A stretch of 35,291 bases of DNA from an uncultured Candidatus Saccharibacteria bacterium (GTDB taxonomy: Bacteria; Patescibacteriota; UBA1384; CAYJQE01): positions 1-35,291 of the forward strand of contig CAYJQE010000005.1 in NCBI GenBank assembly GCA_964372245.1, in the 5' to 3' direction. Below the pieces are notes generated by a model that had not been told where the DNA came from, ran no database searches, and worked only from the letters and a program-made list of their open reading frames with translations. The position numbers and the translations under genes were made by a program. Below, in pieces: positions 24,937 through 34,043 of the stretch (its first letter is position 1; every line of letters starts with the position of its first letter).

Positions 24937-26286
24937 CTATCGCCTCAACTTCGCAATCGCGGCCCTAAGTCGCCGCTCAATCGTCTTGGCCTCAACTCGA
25001 CCTTTAAGCTCGTTCATCATTGCCCCGACCAAAACATTGATCGCCGCCTTTTTGCCCGACCGGTAATCGGAAACGACCGACCGATTTTCGGAAAGAGTTT
25101 TGGCAATCAGAGCTTCGATCGGCAAATCGCCCACTCGAAAATCTTTCTTGGCCTGAAAGAGACTGATTTTTCCAAGAATGACCCGCTTTCTCAACTCGGC
25201 TGGCAAGGCGATCAGCTCAAGCAGCTCTTTGTCCGAGCGCTCGTCCAAAATTTCCGGCCGATTGACAACCAAGCTCGAGAGAGTTTTCAAGATCTCGCCC
25301 GAGCGATTGGCAAAGCCCATCAGTCGTTCGCGCCTCCTCTCGTCTGTCAAGACCAGAGATATCGCCCGATCGGAGAAACCGAGATCCTTAAGTTTGGCTC
25401 GATGGTCGCTCGGCAGATCAATCTTTTCGACCGGGAAGCGATCGAGCCCAACCAGTGGCGGGATGTCGGGCTCGGGAAAATAACGATAGTCGGCTTCGGT
25501 CTCCTTAATCCTTTGAAGAAAGGTTGTTTGTCGAGCGGCGTCAAAACCAAATGTCGCCTGCTCTACCCGGCCGCCCCTTGAGAGAATCTCCCTCTGCCTT
25601 TCTATTTCGCGATCGATCGCCCGCTCGACGGCTCGGAAAGAGTTCAGGTTTTTGATCTCGACTTTTGTCCCAAGCTTTTTGCTCTTGGCCGAGGCGGGCC
25701 GCAATGAAACATTGGCCTCGACTCGCATCTCGCCTTTCTCCAGATCGGCCGTCGCGATCTTGAGCGCCCTGACAATCGCCCGAATTTCTTTGGCGAAAAG
25801 ACTCGGCTTTTTCGAGTCGGAAAAGTCGGGCTCGGTGACAAGCTCAACCAGAGGCACGCCCGAGCGGTTGAAATCAATCAGCGATCGGTCGTTGGTCGGG
25901 TGATAAAGCTTGCCGGTGTCCTCCTCGATATGAATACGCCGGATTCTGACCCTTTGACCGTCAAGTTCAAGCCAGCCGGCAAAGCCAATCGGCCGATCAT
26001 GCTGGCTGATCTGATAGCCCTTCGGCAGATCGGGGTAGAAATAGTGCTTTCGATCAAATTTCGAGATCGAGGCTATCTGACAGTTGACCGCCCGGGCCAA
26101 AGCGACGGTTCGAACCAAAGCCTCCCGGTTCGGCTTCGGCATCGCCCCCGGCAGACCAAGACAGATCGGGCAAACCCGACTATTCGGCCGAGCGTCGAAG
26201 GGCTCGTTTGGACAACGACAAAACATCTTGGTCTCGGTCGAGAGCTCAATGTGAATCTCGAGACCGATCGTGGCCAGAAACTTCAT
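24937..26286 (-). CDS. gatB: Asp-tRNA(Asn)/Glu-tRNA(Gln) amidotransferase subunit B
   Basis: IGLEIHIEL, FDRKHYFYPDLPKGYQISQ, HIEEDTGK, EIKNLNS and DYRYFPEPD motifs. Start placed at ATG 26286. Confidence 0.97.
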   Translation of the reverse strand: MKFLATIGLEIHIELSTETKMFCRCPNEPFDARPNSRVCPICLGLPGAMPKPNREALVRTVALARAVNCQIASISKFDRKHYFYPDLPKGYQISQHDRPIGFAGWLELDGQRVRIRRIHIEEDTGKLYHPTNDRSLIDFNRSGVPLVELVTEPDFSDSKKPSLFAKEIRAIVRALKIATADLEKGEMRVEANVSLRPASAKSKKLGTKVEIKNLNSFRAVERAIDREIERQREILSRGGRVEQATFGFDAARQTTFLQRIKETEADYRYFPEPDIPPLVGLDRFPVEKIDLPSDHRAKLKDLGFSDRAISLVLTDERRRERLMGFANRSGEILKTLSSLVVNRPEILDERSDKELLELIALPAELRKRVILGKISLFQAKKDFRVGDLPIEALIAKTLSENRSVVSDYRSGKKAAINVLVGAMMNELKGRVEAKTIERRLRAAIAKLRR

Positions 26287-26398
26287 CTCGCTCGGGAATA
26301 AGATGAAGTCGAGAGGCCGGTTTTTGGCCACAAAAGGCCGGCCTTTTTCACTCTCGTTTTCTCGATTTTCATCGCTCGTCTTTGATTAAATTTTTCGC

Positions 26399-26836
26399 TT
26401 ACAAGAGACCTAGTCCCAGAAAGGCCGTCCGAAAATCGTTGATCGCCAACCTCGCTTGATTTTCAGAGAGTCGGTGATCAATTTCGTGGACTAACTGATT
26501 TCGAACCTTGTGACCTCGCCAGGCGGCTTGATAACTCGAGTAGTCGTTGAACTTCCTTTTCGCCGCCTTGAGTCGAGATCCCAAATCTTTGCCGCTGACC
26601 AAAAACTTCAAGGCTTCGTCAAGCAATTTGTCGGCCTCGATTACTCGATGTCGACCGTCCGGCTCGGCAAGAACCGCCGGCCAACCGGCCTGAACCAGTC
26701 GCCTGGCCTCGACTTTGCCGTCAGGCGCATGACCGCCAAGGAGACGAAAAATCGCGATTAAGCCCCGACCGAAGGCTAAAAGCAGGCCGCCGACAATCTG
26801 CTGCTCGATTCCCTCTTTGATTCTTCGCTTGGCCAT
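26399..26836 (-). CDS. Hypothetical protein with hydrophobic N-terminal segment and HEPN-like (DUF4145-like) R-N-x3-H motif
   Basis: IVGGLLLAFGRGLIAIFRLLGG; VIEADKLLDEALK; HKVRNQLVHE. Co-oriented between gatA and gatB. Confidence 0.75.
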   Translation of the reverse strand: MAKRRIKEGIEQQIVGGLLLAFGRGLIAIFRLLGGHAPDGKVEARRLVQAGWPAVLAEPDGRHRVIEADKLLDEALKFLVSGKDLGSRLKAAKRKFNDYSSYQAAWRGHKVRNQLVHEIDHRLSENQARLAINDFRTAFLGLGLL

Positions 26837-26989
26837 CGCTCAAAAAACTAACCGCCGGCGATCAAGAAAAGCCCAGCCGGAAACGATCGGCCAAAGATCG
26901 ACGCCCTTTGGTCCCAAAAGACGATTTTTGATTTTCCTTGCGATCGCTCTCCAATCGAGAAACTTCAAACTCTCTTGAACGTTCATTTT

Positions 26990-28408
26990 CTAGATTAGCC
27001 GCTCGACCGCTTGGCCAAGCGCGAGCAGCGCCTCATCGCTCCCATAGGGCGCCATCAACTGGACCCCGATCGGCAACTTGCCGGCCGCTCCAATCGGCAG
27101 AGCCAACGCCGGAATACCGGCCATATTGGCGCTAATTGTGTAGGCATCGGCCAGATACAATTTCAGGGGGTCGGCGATCGTCGCCCCGACTTTAAAGGCA
27201 AGATTCGGACTGACCGGCGCCAAAAGGAGATCGGCCGACTGAAAAGCCCGTTCGAAATCGGCCTTGATCAGGGTCCGAACCTTCATCGCTTTCTGATAAT
27301 AGGCCTCATAGTAGCCAGCCGACAAGGCGAAGGTGCCAAGCAAAATCCTCCGTTTGGTCTCGGAGCTAAAACCCTCGGCCCGAGTCTGAAGATAGACCGC
27401 TTTCAGACTCTTGGCTTTGGTCGCGTGATGACCGAATCGGAGGCCGTCGAATCGGGCGAGATTGCTTGAGGTCTCGGACATCGCGATCAGATAATAGGCA
27501 GCGATCGCGTATTCGGTTGAGGGCAGACTGACGGTTCCGATCTCAACTCCGGCCGACTTGAGCTTTCCGACCAATCGGTCTATCGCCGATCTGATCTCTT
27601 TCGCCAGACCCTGACCAAAGTACTCTTTCGGCAAACCAATTTTTAGACCTTTCAGCCGAATCGTTCGCCCCTTCGGCTTGAGATCAAAACTCGTGGCGTC
27701 AAAATCGTCGGCGCCCTTAATGAGATCAAAGACCAATCGAGCGTCTGAAACGGTCCGAGTCATCGGCCCGACGGTGTCGAGCGAAGAGCCATAAGCGATA
27801 CAGCCATACCGAGAAACTCGACCGTAGCTTGGCTTGAAACCGACGATGCCGCAGAAGGCTGCCGGTTGTCGGATCGAACCGCCGGTATCTTCGCCGATCG
27901 AGAAGACCGCCAGATCGGCTGCGACCGAGGCGGCGCTCCCGCCCGAAGAGCCGCCGGCGACTCTCGATCGGTCATGAGGATTCAGGCTCGGGCCAAAGGC
28001 CGAATTTTCGGTCGAGGAGCCGTGACCAAAAGAGTCCATGTTGGTCTTGCCGAGCAGAACACAGCCAGCGTCGAAAGCTTTTTCAACGACGCTTGCGGTG
28101 TAGCTCGGAATGAAGCCTTTGAGGATCTTCGAGCCGGCCGTCGTCAGAAGCCCCTTGACGAGATACGAGTCCTTGACCGAAAAGGGAATTCCGTCAAATC
28201 TCGATCGGGGATTGTCCTGTCTTCGCCGCCGATCGCTCTCCTTGGCGGCCCGTCTCGCCCGATCAGCGTCGAGAGCAAGATAGGCGTTTAAGGCGCGATT
28301 TTCCGATCCGATTCGATCAAGATAGTAATCGGTCAACTCGAGCGCGGAAAATTCGCCCGTTTCAAGGCCGGCCATTGCCGCTTCGAGTGTCAGATTTTTC
28401 CCGTTCAC
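26990..28408 (-). CDS. gatA: Asp-tRNA(Asn)/Glu-tRNA(Gln) amidotransferase subunit A
   Basis: Amidase signature GKTNMD, GGSSGGS and DTGGSIRQPAAFCG; SSNLARFDG; RRILLGTF. Confidence 0.97.
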   Translation of the reverse strand: MNGKNLTLEAAMAGLETGEFSALELTDYYLDRIGSENRALNAYLALDADRARRAAKESDRRRRQDNPRSRFDGIPFSVKDSYLVKGLLTTAGSKILKGFIPSYTASVVEKAFDAGCVLLGKTNMDSFGHGSSTENSAFGPSLNPHDRSRVAGGSSGGSAASVAADLAVFSIGEDTGGSIRQPAAFCGIVGFKPSYGRVSRYGCIAYGSSLDTVGPMTRTVSDARLVFDLIKGADDFDATSFDLKPKGRTIRLKGLKIGLPKEYFGQGLAKEIRSAIDRLVGKLKSAGVEIGTVSLPSTEYAIAAYYLIAMSETSSNLARFDGLRFGHHATKAKSLKAVYLQTRAEGFSSETKRRILLGTFALSAGYYEAYYQKAMKVRTLIKADFERAFQSADLLLAPVSPNLAFKVGATIADPLKLYLADAYTISANMAGIPALALPIGAAGKLPIGVQLMAPYGSDEALLALGQAVERLI

Positions 28409-28722
28409 CGGTCGTCAAGCTCGTCAAATGGCTGAAAGACCGCTTGAACCGAAAAATAGCCATCTTCGGTCGAAAAAGCGCCGGATGTGACCTCGTCTTC
28501 GGTCAAGCAGGGCCTTTGCTCGTCGGGCGAAAAAACATTTCGCTGCTCGCCGATCTGGGCGGTCTCTGAAACCCGCCCGGTTTTCAGCTTGTCCAGAAGA
28601 TCAACATAGCTTAAAAAGGCGGCCAGCTCTTTGGGAAAGTTCTTCTTCTCGGCTTCAGAGAGATTGATCCGAGCAAGATCGGCCAACGCCCCGATATCAA
28701 GCTCCGGGGGCCTTTTTTTCAT
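28405..28722 (-). CDS. gatC: Amidotransferase subunit C
   Basis: LADLARINL..E, NVFSPDE and DGYFSV motifs, with GTGA overlap into gatA. Start ambiguous (28722, 28725 or 28731); 28722 lies 7 nt after TGcTAGCAT. Confidence 0.9.
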   Translation of the reverse strand: MKKRPPELDIGALADLARINLSEAEKKNFPKELAAFLSYVDLLDKLKTGRVSETAQIGEQRNVFSPDEQRPCLTEDEVTSGAFSTEDGYFSVQAVFQPFDELDDR

Positions 28723-28781
28723 CATTTTCATGCTAGCAGTTGGTGGCTTCTCGGTAAACGTTCCGGTCATCCTCGTCCGCC

Positions 28782-30815
28782 CTAATCGAACGCGAGTTCG
28801 CCGACCAGCTTTCGGAAAGCCGATTCGTTTAAGATTTCGACCGAAAGGGCTTTGGCCTGATCGTATTTCAAACCCGGGTTTTTACCGACCACCAGATAAT
28901 CGGTCGTTCGAGAAACCGAGGCCGAGACCTTCCCTCCCAAGGCTCTGATCTTTCCAGCCGCCCGTAAACGCGGAATCGAGATCGTCCCGCTAAAGACAAA
29001 ACTTTTACCATCAAGTCGGCCGAATTTTTTTTCCTCTTTTTCAACCCGAAAGCCGGCCTCGATCAGCTTTCCAATCAACTTTTGGTTCTTGCGATTACCA
29101 AAAAACTGAACGATATTCCCGGCGACAACCGGCCCTACCGCCGGAATCGCCTCGAGCGACTCCTTTGAGGCCCTTTTCAGTCTCGAAAGATCGCCAAAAC
29201 GCTCGGCCAGCAGAGTCGCCGTTTCGCCGCCAACGCCTTTGATGCCAAGCCCGACCAAGAATCGCCCGAGCGAGACGGTCTTTCTCGCATTGATCGAATC
29301 GATTATATTTTTGGCCGAGAGCTCGCCAAACCGCTCGAGGGGCTCAAGGTCTTTGACCTTCAGGCGGAATAGATCGGCGAAATCCCTAATCAGCCCCTCG
29401 TCCAAAAGCCGATCAATGATCTTTTGCCCAAGACCCGGCATATCGAGAGCGGTTTTCGAGCTGAAAAAATACAGCCTTTTTCGATTGACGGCCGGACAAT
29501 CTTTGTTAACACAGCGAAAACCCACGCCCGGCTCGATCTTTTTGCCAACCGTCCGAGTGTCTTTCAGGACTCTCTCGCCGCAGACCGGACAACCCCTCGG
29601 CATCCTAAACCGCTTGGCGTTTTTCGGCCGCAATTTTTTGATCGGCTCCAAAATCTCGGGGATAACATCGCCGGCCCGCTGAACGACAACCGTATCGCCA
29701 ATCATTATGTCCTTCTTTGAGATCTCCTCTTGGTTGTGAAGGGTCGCTCGAGAAACGGTCACGCCGGCCAACTCAACTGGCTCGAGAACGGCGACCGGCG
29801 TCAGAGTCCCTTGGCGGCCAACTTGAACGACGATATCTTTAAGCCGCGTCGTCACCTGACTGGCGGCAAACTTGAAAGCGATCGCCCCTCTCGGCGCCTT
29901 GCCGACAACAGAAAGCCGATCAAAAAGATCAAGATCGTCAACTCGAATGACCAGACCATCAATCAAAAATGGCAGCCTCTCTCTGTTCTTTTCGACCTCA
30001 AGGGCGAAAGAAATGACCGCCTTAATATTCGAGACCATCTTATTCTCCTTTGTCAGGGCTCTAAAACCCAGCTCCTCAAGCTGTTGGTGCTCCTCGGCGT
30101 GACTTTGAATTTTCGGGCTGGCGATCAACTGGTAGGCGATAAAGGAAAGATGTCGTCTGCCAGTCAATTTCGGGTCAAGTTGCCTGACCGAGCCGGCAGC
30201 CACATTTCTCGGGTTGGCAAAGACGGGCAAACCGGCCTTTTCTCGCTCCCGATTGATCTTCTGAAACTCTTTCTTCGGAAGATAGACCTCGCCCCGAACT
30301 TCAACCTCGCCTCTTTTTCGGCCCCGAAGCCTCAAGGGCACCGCCTCGATTGTCCTGACCTGTTCGGTGACGTCCTCGCCGATCAGACCGTCGCCTCGAG
30401 TCGCCGCACGAAAAAAAAGCCCGTTTCGATAAAGGATCGAGCAGGCCAAGCCGTCAACCTTCAACTCGCAATAAAGCCGAGCCTTTTCAACTCTTTTATC
30501 AATCCGACTGATTCGTTCAAGCCAAAGTTTTAGCTCGTCAAAAGAGAAACTGTCGTCCAAAGAGAGCATTGGTTCTCGGTGGGAAACCTTGATAAACCGC
30601 TCCAGTCGCTCTCCGCCAACTCTCCGGGTTGGCGAATCAGCGGTCTGAAGCTCGGGAAAACGCTCCTCCAAAGCTCTCAACTCGCGGGTCAGCGACTCGT
30701 AAACGGAGTCGTCTGCCGCCGGATCGTTGAGAACATGATAACGGTAACGAAACTCGTCAATCGTCCGGCGAAGATTTGAAGCTCTTTGCCTTTCCGAAAA
30801 TTTAGGCTTCGGCAT
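28782..30815 (-). CDS. ligA: NAD-dependent DNA ligase
   Basis: KVDG adenylation motif, TRGDG..GEDVT, EVRGEV, ANPRN, C4 zinc finger, HhH motifs and C-terminal BRCT. Confidence 0.98.
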   Translation of the reverse strand: MPKPKFSERQRASNLRRTIDEFRYRYHVLNDPAADDSVYESLTRELRALEERFPELQTADSPTRRVGGERLERFIKVSHREPMLSLDDSFSFDELKLWLERISRIDKRVEKARLYCELKVDGLACSILYRNGLFFRAATRGDGLIGEDVTEQVRTIEAVPLRLRGRKRGEVEVRGEVYLPKKEFQKINREREKAGLPVFANPRNVAAGSVRQLDPKLTGRRHLSFIAYQLIASPKIQSHAEEHQQLEELGFRALTKENKMVSNIKAVISFALEVEKNRERLPFLIDGLVIRVDDLDLFDRLSVVGKAPRGAIAFKFAASQVTTRLKDIVVQVGRQGTLTPVAVLEPVELAGVTVSRATLHNQEEISKKDIMIGDTVVVQRAGDVIPEILEPIKKLRPKNAKRFRMPRGCPVCGERVLKDTRTVGKKIEPGVGFRCVNKDCPAVNRKRLYFFSSKTALDMPGLGQKIIDRLLDEGLIRDFADLFRLKVKDLEPLERFGELSAKNIIDSINARKTVSLGRFLVGLGIKGVGGETATLLAERFGDLSRLKRASKESLEAIPAVGPVVAGNIVQFFGNRKNQKLIGKLIEAGFRVEKEEKKFGRLDGKSFVFSGTISIPRLRAAGKIRALGGKVSASVSRTTDYLVVGKNPGLKYDQAKALSVEILNESAFRKLVGELAFD

Positions 30816-30928
30816 AGTCTCTCGGTATTCTATCAGGCGGAGGGCCGGCTTGACAGCCAGAAAGGCCCTTGTGGCTGATTGGCCTGAACAGCCCGAACTG
30901 GCCTGATTCGATAAAAAACCGGACTTTC

Positions 30929-30960
30929 AAAGCCCCTCCGCTCAAAACTGCGGGGGCTTT
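30929..30960 (-). terminator. Terminator-like hairpin downstream of htpX
   Basis: AAAGCCCC...GGGGCTTT inverted repeat with inner CGC/GCG pairing. Confidence 0.55.
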
Positions 30961-30987
30961 CTCGTTTCTATCTTGAACGACCGGCTT

Positions 30988-31896
30988 CTAGACCGCTCTC
31001 TCGAGTCTTTTGATCCGTTCCGAAACGGCCGGATGAGTTGAGAAGAGATTGGCCAGCCAACCGATTGAATCTCGACCTTGATGGGCCTTTAAGGGATTCT
31101 CGATGTAAAGATGGGCGGTCGCCCGATTGGCGACTTCAAGCGGCTCTTTGTCGCGGTTGATCTTTTCAAGGGCCGAGATCAGACCCTCGGGATAACGGGT
31201 CAGCATCACTCCGCTCGCGTCGGCCAAGAACTCTCTTTTTCGAGAAACGGCGAGTTGAATCAGCGTCGCCCCAATCGGGGCCAAAATCAGAGCGATCAGC
31301 GAGACAACCAGAAGGACTGGGCCAGCCTCCCCCCGTCGGTTGTCGGAGTTGCTCCCGATCCAGAGCGAGCGCAGGCTCCAATCGGCGATCAACGAGACGA
31401 TCCCGACCAGAACGACGACCATCGTCATCAGCCGAATGTCGTAATTGCCGATATGAGCCAATTCGTGTCCGATGACGCCTTGAAGCTCGTTTTTATTAAG
31501 CTTGATCAAAAGGCCCTTGGTAACAGCGATCGAGGCGTGGTTAGGATCTCGACCGGTCGCGAAGGCATTCGGCGCCGTGTCGTCAATCAGATAGATCTTC
31601 GGTTTCGGCAGACCGGCCGTGATCGCCAGATTCTCAACGATCCGGTGAAGAGCGATGTAGGGCTCCTTTCTCGGCGGCTCCTTGGCGCCGGAGATCGAAA
31701 GAACGATCTTATCCGACTGATAATAAGCGATTAAGGCCTGAACCAGACTGAAGATTACCGCCGCCGGCAAAAGCCAGACGATATCATAGACCTGGCCCAG
31801 AAACCCGCCCAAAGCCATGATAAAAACCAAAAAAAAGCCAACCAAAAGGGCGGTCTTTCGTTTATTCGAAGCGATTTCGCCGTAGAGACTGGCCAT
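30988..31896 (-). CDS. htpX: HtpX-family M48 zinc metalloprotease
   Basis: PNAFATG, HELAH, SRKREFLAD and FSTHP motifs with TM segments. Follows lemA. Confidence 0.95.
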   Translation of the reverse strand: MASLYGEIASNKRKTALLVGFFLVFIMALGGFLGQVYDIVWLLPAAVIFSLVQALIAYYQSDKIVLSISGAKEPPRKEPYIALHRIVENLAITAGLPKPKIYLIDDTAPNAFATGRDPNHASIAVTKGLLIKLNKNELQGVIGHELAHIGNYDIRLMTMVVVLVGIVSLIADWSLRSLWIGSNSDNRRGEAGPVLLVVSLIALILAPIGATLIQLAVSRKREFLADASGVMLTRYPEGLISALEKINRDKEPLEVANRATAHLYIENPLKAHQGRDSIGWLANLFSTHPAVSERIKRLERAV

Positions 31897-31956
31897 CTCA
31901 ATCCTAAAATTGATCTTCCCGCTTTAAGCCCAAAACCAATTCCGCCTGAACATCTT

Positions 31957-32523
31957 TCAGAGAGCGACTTTTGGCGGTTTTTTGGCCTTCTCCTTCTCGT
32001 CGGTCGAGACCTCAAAAAGTTCCCTTTTTTTAAACTTGAAGAGACCGGCAACGATGTTGGTCGGGAAGGAATCAATCGAGATGACAAGGGCCCGGACATT
32101 CGAATTGTAGAACCGTCTGGCGGCCGAGAGCTTGTTCTCGGTGTCGGAAAGCTCCTCTTGGAGCAGTTTGAAGTTCTCCGAGGCCTTGAGTTGAGGATAG
32201 TTCTCGGCTACGGCAAAAACCGATTTTAGGGCCTCGGTCAAGAAATTGTCAGCCTTGGCCTGACCGACCAAGCCCTCGCTCTTCAAAGCCGAAGTTCTGG
32301 CATTTGTCAGGTCGGTCAAGACCTTGCGTTCATGTTTGACATAGCCCTTGACCGCCTCAATCAAATTGGGGATCAGATCCAGTCGGCGCTTGAGTTGAAC
32401 ATCAATGTCGCTCTCGGCCTCATTGGCTTGAACTTCCAGACTGACCAGGCGGTTGTAACTCAAAACCGCCCAGATCAAAACCAGAACGACGGCCGCCAGA
32501 ACTATCCAAAGACCAGTTGCCAT
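31957..32523 (-). CDS. lemA: LemA family protein
   Basis: N-terminal TM helix, IDVQLKRRLDLIPNL, ENYPQLKA, RRFYN and FP.NIVA motifs. Confidence 0.96.
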   Translation of the reverse strand: MATGLWIVLAAVVLVLIWAVLSYNRLVSLEVQANEAESDIDVQLKRRLDLIPNLIEAVKGYVKHERKVLTDLTNARTSALKSEGLVGQAKADNFLTEALKSVFAVAENYPQLKASENFKLLQEELSDTENKLSAARRFYNSNVRALVISIDSFPTNIVAGLFKFKKRELFEVSTDEKEKAKKPPKVAL

Positions 32524-32623
32524 AAGACTCTTATCCTCTTAGCTTTCTCGCCTCTTAAAATTCTAAACCAGATTCTAGCATTAAAAAACCCAAAACTCCA
32601 ATAAAATGGTCAGGGAGCCTTTT

Positions 32624-33508
32624 TTAACTCGAATCTCCGACCGCTTGGTAGCGAACAAATTGGCCGGCTATCGCGTCCGGCGCTTTTTCGTCCTCCAAAA
32701 TTGAGGTTAACTGAAAGTCAAGTCCGAGCCGGCTTTGGTAGCCATACCAGAAGACCGGGTCGAGTGGGTCGAGTGGCAGAATCGAAAGATATTTCGGAAC
32801 CAGAGCCTTTGAGAGCGAACTTGAGGCCTGATTGGTCAAAACGACGATTTCGGCAACCGGATAACTGCCAAAATCGGCTCTGTATTTAATCAACGCCTGA
32901 CGGAGATCCGAAAGATCGGCTCTCCGCTTAACATCGCGTTCCAGAATCTCCGACTCTCGAGCGTCAAGAGAGGGCCCGTCCGACTCGAGATCAAGATTGC
33001 CGCCCGACAAATTTTCCTCTGTTTCGGCGCTCAAAGTCTCGTCCTCGGCCAAGTCTTCAGCCTCTGACGATTGGGAGAGGCGACCAAGCTCCGTCTCCTC
33101 GGTCATTTCCGGTTTCGCCAGAAAAGGCAAAGCCCGCTCAAAACCAAAACTGTAAACAAAACGATTGACAAAACCAGCTATGAGAAGAATCAGAATCGGG
33201 ACGAGAAGGATCCAAACGATTTTAACCGACGATCCTTGGCTTTTGGCGTAAAACGGGTCATCCGATCGAGTTGGCTGAACCGGCGGCGGGACTGAAAGGT
33301 CTGGCAAGCTGACCGATGGCGGCTCGATCGCCGGCAAAACCCGCCCTTCTGGCTTGGGCAAAGGGCCGCTTCTCGGTTGATCGGGCTCAACGGGCTTGAT
33401 CGCCTCAACGGTCTCGGGCTTGAATTCGCCCCCCAAACCGGCCCTCGATTGAGCCGACGGCCCTTTTCTCAACTGATTAGCCACCTCTTCAATGTCGAAA
33501 TCGACCAC
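32624..33508 (-). CDS. Membrane protein with Pro-rich N-terminus, single TM helix, acidic linker and GspG/type IV pilin-like C-terminal head
   Basis: RDVKRRADLSDLRQALIKYRADFGSYP...LVPKYLSILPLDP...YGYQS; TM segment IVWILLVPILILLIAGFV; SD GGAGG. Confidence 0.7.
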   Translation of the reverse strand: MVDFDIEEVANQLRKGPSAQSRAGLGGEFKPETVEAIKPVEPDQPRSGPLPKPEGRVLPAIEPPSVSLPDLSVPPPVQPTRSDDPFYAKSQGSSVKIVWILLVPILILLIAGFVNRFVYSFGFERALPFLAKPEMTEETELGRLSQSSEAEDLAEDETLSAETEENLSGGNLDLESDGPSLDARESEILERDVKRRADLSDLRQALIKYRADFGSYPVAEIVVLTNQASSSLSKALVPKYLSILPLDPLDPVFWYGYQSRLGLDFQLTSILEDEKAPDAIAGQFVRYQAVGDSS

Positions 33509-33525
33509 TCCCCCTCCAGAGGACT

Positions 33526-33963
33526 TTAGTCTTGCTTTTTAGCTAATCTTATCACCATTCTAGCTTTTAATCCAAAACCGAGATTGAGGGAAATTTCGTG
33601 CTCCCCAAAGTCCTTTATCGGCTTTTCGAGCTCAATCGTCTCTGCCTTAAGATCAAGTCTTTCGGCAATCTCTTCCGACCTTATCGAGCGATAGGCCTTG
33701 CCGGTCGAAGTCGCCTTCCGCTCGAATGAGAGGACCTTCCCCTCCAGGACTGCCCGTTTTTCCTCGGCCGCTTGTTGTTTTGAGTCGGTCGCAACTTCAA
33801 GCGCCCGATTTTTCTTCAAAAAATCGCTCGCTTTGGGATTGTCTGACAAGGCAGCCAAGCCGCGAGGTTTTAGAAAGTTGAAGAAAAAACCCGGCTTGAC
33901 GATCCTCTTCTCGCCCGCCCGACCAATCGAGGCGACATCTTTGAGTAAGACAACCTCAAACAC
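33526..33963 (-). CDS. rplI: 50S ribosomal protein L9
   Basis: VVLLKDVASIGRAGE...VKPGFFFNFL.PRGLA, GKAYRSI and PIKDFGEH motifs. Confidence 0.93.
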   Translation of the reverse strand: MFEVVLLKDVASIGRAGEKRIVKPGFFFNFLKPRGLAALSDNPKASDFLKKNRALEVATDSKQQAAEEKRAVLEGKVLSFERKATSTGKAYRSIRSEEIAERLDLKAETIELEKPIKDFGEHEISLNLGFGLKARMVIRLAKKQD

Positions 33964-33969
33964 AACCTA

Positions 33970-33999
33970 AAACTAGCAACAATCCGACTAGATTGACAA
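33970..33999 (-). promoter_or_regulatory. Promoter of a probably leaderless rplI transcript
   Basis: TTGTCA, 18 nt spacer, (TGc)TAGTTT ending 6 nt before the GTG start. Confidence 0.5.
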
Positions 34000-34043
34000 C
34001 CCCGACTCCTCCGGCGATCTTTCAATCTCCCGATCTACAAATC

